From Candidatus Rifleibacteriota bacterium (GTDB taxonomy: Bacteria; Muiribacteriota; Ozemobacteria; Ozemobacterales; Ozemobacteraceae), in contig JBNJGH010000073.1 of assembly GCA_051747585.1 (NCBI GenBank), positions 1 through 17,104 of the forward strand: 17,104 bases of DNA, written 5' to 3'. This document shows positions 16,925-17,104 of the stretch, in pieces. The notes below the pieces were generated by a model. The model made no database searches. It was not told the origin of the DNA and worked only from the letters and a program-made list of their open reading frames with translations. How positions within the stretch are numbered: the stretch's first letter is position 1; every line of letters starts with the position of its first letter. The position numbers were made by a program, and so were the translations under genes.

Positions 16925-17104
16925 ATGATTGGCATCGGTAGAGGAATAAAATTTGACAGGGCGATTATAGAAGCCATATTCACTAAAGGCCGCCTCGAAA
17001 AAAATCTGCTGATAACCTGCATGGTTATAGGCTTCATTTTTTTCTTTCCCAGTCGTCACAGTCCGCATTTTCATCCCCAGGCCCTTTATCTGGTTGCTTT
17101 TCCA
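16925..17104 (+). CDS. N-terminus of a membrane protein, 3'-truncated; by context possibly a DUF58-family MoxR partner
   Basis: Not in the ORF track: ATG at 16925, 4 nt after the moxR stop, open for 60 codons to the window end (MIGIGRGIKFDRAIIEAIFTKGRLEKNLLITCMVIGFIFFFP...). The DUF58 guess rests on usual moxR synteny only. Confidence 0.6.
   Translation, partial: MIGIGRGIKFDRAIIEAIFTKGRLEKNLLITCMVIGFIFFFPSRHSPHFHPQALYLVAFP

Noticed and set aside
16921..16958. TATAAT (16921-16926) and TTGACA (16953-16958) after moxR
   Set aside because: The elements are in the wrong order and overlap the next coding start; not a promoter.
16816..17074. Two minus-strand ORFs at the window end
   Set aside because: They overlap the moxR 3' end; the plus-strand ORF from 16925 fits the operon better.
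1..17104. CRISPR arrays, tRNA/rRNA, IS elements, integrases, frameshifted pseudogenes
   Set aside because: No regularly spaced repeats, RNA gene motifs or transposase signatures were seen, and all long ORFs look intact.

Overview
AT-rich, gene-dense bacterial chromosomal segment with no rRNA, tRNA, CRISPR array, transposase or phage gene visible. In order: (i) the 3' end of a probable TetR-family regulator, translationally coupled to an RND adaptor and an AcrB-family permease, with no outer-membrane factor in the window; (ii) a separately promoted pair made of an ArnT/PMT-like GT-C membrane glycosyltransferase and a DPM1-like GT2 fused to a class I SAM methyltransferase; (iii) a minus-strand exported FecR-like protein; (iv) two tandem, overlapping ~960-aa paralogues with 4 TM helices, two large extracytoplasmic domains, HAMP and a SpoIIE/RsbU (PPM) phosphatase; (v) a minus-strand small membrane protein that looks leaderless; (vi) an intergenic region with an orphan minus-strand terminator preceded by a perfect anti-Shine-Dalgarno motif (candidate sRNA); (vii) a MoxR AAA+ ATPase with an N-terminal TerB-like domain, followed by the start of a membrane protein cut by the window end. 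The most interesting candidates are the paired double-sensor phosphatases, the anti-SD sRNA and the TerB-MoxR fusion. All calls come from motif recognition by eye; no searches were run.
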